Shown here in pieces: positions 62,622 to 64,000 of a stretch of DNA of 64,000 nucleotides. The notes under the pieces are model-generated. The model worked only from the letters and a program-made list of their open reading frames with translations. It ran no database searches and was not told where the DNA came from. Source of the DNA: Podospora anserina (Eukaryota); contig CM030332.1 of NCBI GenBank assembly GCA_017654855.1, forward strand, positions 4,216,001-4,280,000. The letters run 5' to 3'. Made by a program: the position numbers and the translations under genes. Position 1 is the first letter of the stretch. Each line of letters starts with the position of its first letter.

Positions 62622-63354
62622 CCTCATCCGACGAAACTTTGACATAGGTAACAACACACACACAATGGGATGGGAGGACGGATCGGACGATGTGCTGCCA
62701 CCACCTCACCCCTGGGATTTTGGCAGCCCCCTCCCCACTTTCGTTTAAGCAAGAGTTGGGGTCTTGATCCGATGTCATTCATGGTGTGCCGTCACTTACA
62801 AGAAAAACACACACAATGAGAGAAGATTTCCCGGTGGGAACTTTGTCCAGAGGTTTGGTTGATGTGAGCTGTTATATGTGCGTTGTATGGTGTGAGTTAC
62901 ATCGGGTGGGCCTCCCGTGCAGCCGGGGTGGTTTGTGTGTGTGGTAGGGTGTGTGATGTGATCTTTGCCTGCCGGGCAAAGAGAGATGGGATGGGGATAC
63001 ACTGGGGGTGTGGGGGTTGTTTTTTTGAGGGAGGTGTTGATAAATTGGTTGTTGTTGTGAGATGCATATCCTTTGGTTTGATCTCACCCTGTCAATTCGC
63101 GAGTTTGGGGATGCCACTGATGGTAATGAGGACGTAAATGTCGCGATTATTCGGTTTGATATCATGATCACCTATTCGAGCCCTGGCCTGGACGGTATCA
63201 TGATGCCAGATGAACATGAGCATGATGTGAAAGTAGCCGAAATCTTAGTTGTAGACTTTTCCCCTGCAGCCCGCCCTATGTGCCCCTGAACACCATGCTT
63301 CCCTCCTATGTTGCCAATGCCCAAATGAACCCATCATAGTCATGAACAGCCAAC

Positions 63355-64000
63355 CTAGTCCCTCGCCGCAAAAGCAACGGCAGCCGGAAGACGGAATGTA
63401 GCGCAGTACATGCTCTTGGCCGGCGCAACGTCTCTCACATTGTGAACAGCAACCTCGCCTTCCCCATTGAGATTGTAGTCAATGTTACCCGGCTTCATGG
63501 GGAAACCAAGATACTTGGTAAGCCTTTCGCAGATATCAATCAACGGTCTCTCGTCGTCGGCCTTGAGCGCGAAGCAGTGGACGTGAACAAGAGGCAGAAG
63601 AGTCTTCGTGGTGGGTGCGAAGAGGTTTTCTTGCAATTGATAGATTCCCTTGAACGAGCCGACAAACTCGATTGCCGAGGCTGGCAGGTTCATGACGAAG
63701 TGCGAGATGGTGGGAGGGAGAGGATATGTTTCTGTGATTAAGGGCTTTAGCGGCTCCGGTACAAAACCGGGCGTGGTGGGCTTATCCGTCTTCTTGGACT
63801 TTGATCTCGGTCCAGGTTTTGTGATGACGACCTTTTCACCCTTGAGGGATGCCGCTAGAACTTCATCCGTCGCTTGACGGATGAAGCCGAGGCCATCCTC
63901 GCAGAAGGGACGAACAAAATCCTGGACCTTGTTCTTCTGGATGTTGGCCTTGAGACACTTGTAACTTTCGGGGTTCTTGTCGTTGGCCCAGACAAACACA
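63355..64000 (-). CDS. TRM5: tRNA (guanine-37-N1)-methyltransferase Trm5, C-terminal part; starts beyond the window end
   Basis: VWANDKNPESY..L..N...NKV, HFVMNLPASAIEF, VHVHCF and VRDVAPAKSMYCATFRLP. Confidence 0.9.
   Translation of the reverse strand, partial: VFVWANDKNPESYKCLKANIQKNKVQDFVRPFCEDGLGFIRQATDEVLAASLKGEKVVITKPGPRSKSKKTDKPTTPGFVPEPLKPLITETYPLPPTISHFVMNLPASAIEFVGSFKGIYQLQENLFAPTTKTLLPLVHVHCFALKADDERPLIDICERLTKYLGFPMKPGNIDYNLNGEGEVAVHNVRDVAPAKSMYCATFRLPAAVAFAARD

Overview
Eukaryotic DNA from a filamentous ascomycete. The short GT-AG introns with CTRAC branch sites and the gene content suggest Sordariales (Podospora/Neurospora-like); this is an inference. Most of the window is a dense run of conserved housekeeping genes: SSK2/os-4 MAPKKK (5' part), SLD3, TRS65, PRP40, RLI1/ABCE1, CHD1, an HST4-type sirtuin, MED16, MNN10, a GH16 glucanase, QRI7, PRE2, a REG1-like gene and TRM5 (3' part). 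Two less conserved stretches interrupt it. The first (about 31.5-38 kb) holds a DUF3500 gene, an ABM-like barrel gene, an unexplained 4-copy GTCATGCCCAGGAC array, a frameshifted esterase remnant and an orphan coiled-coil gene. The second (about 38.4-45.3 kb) holds a large PY-motif single-pass membrane protein gene, four PacC-type GCCAAG sites in 46 bp, and a spliced 44-aa microprotein ending MRGG-FVEECDCCCCGEECVCC. That microprotein, whose spliced form is not in the ORF track, is the best candidate for something undescribed. I found no tRNA, rRNA, CRISPR array or intact transposon. Gene names come from my recognition of protein motifs, not from database searches.
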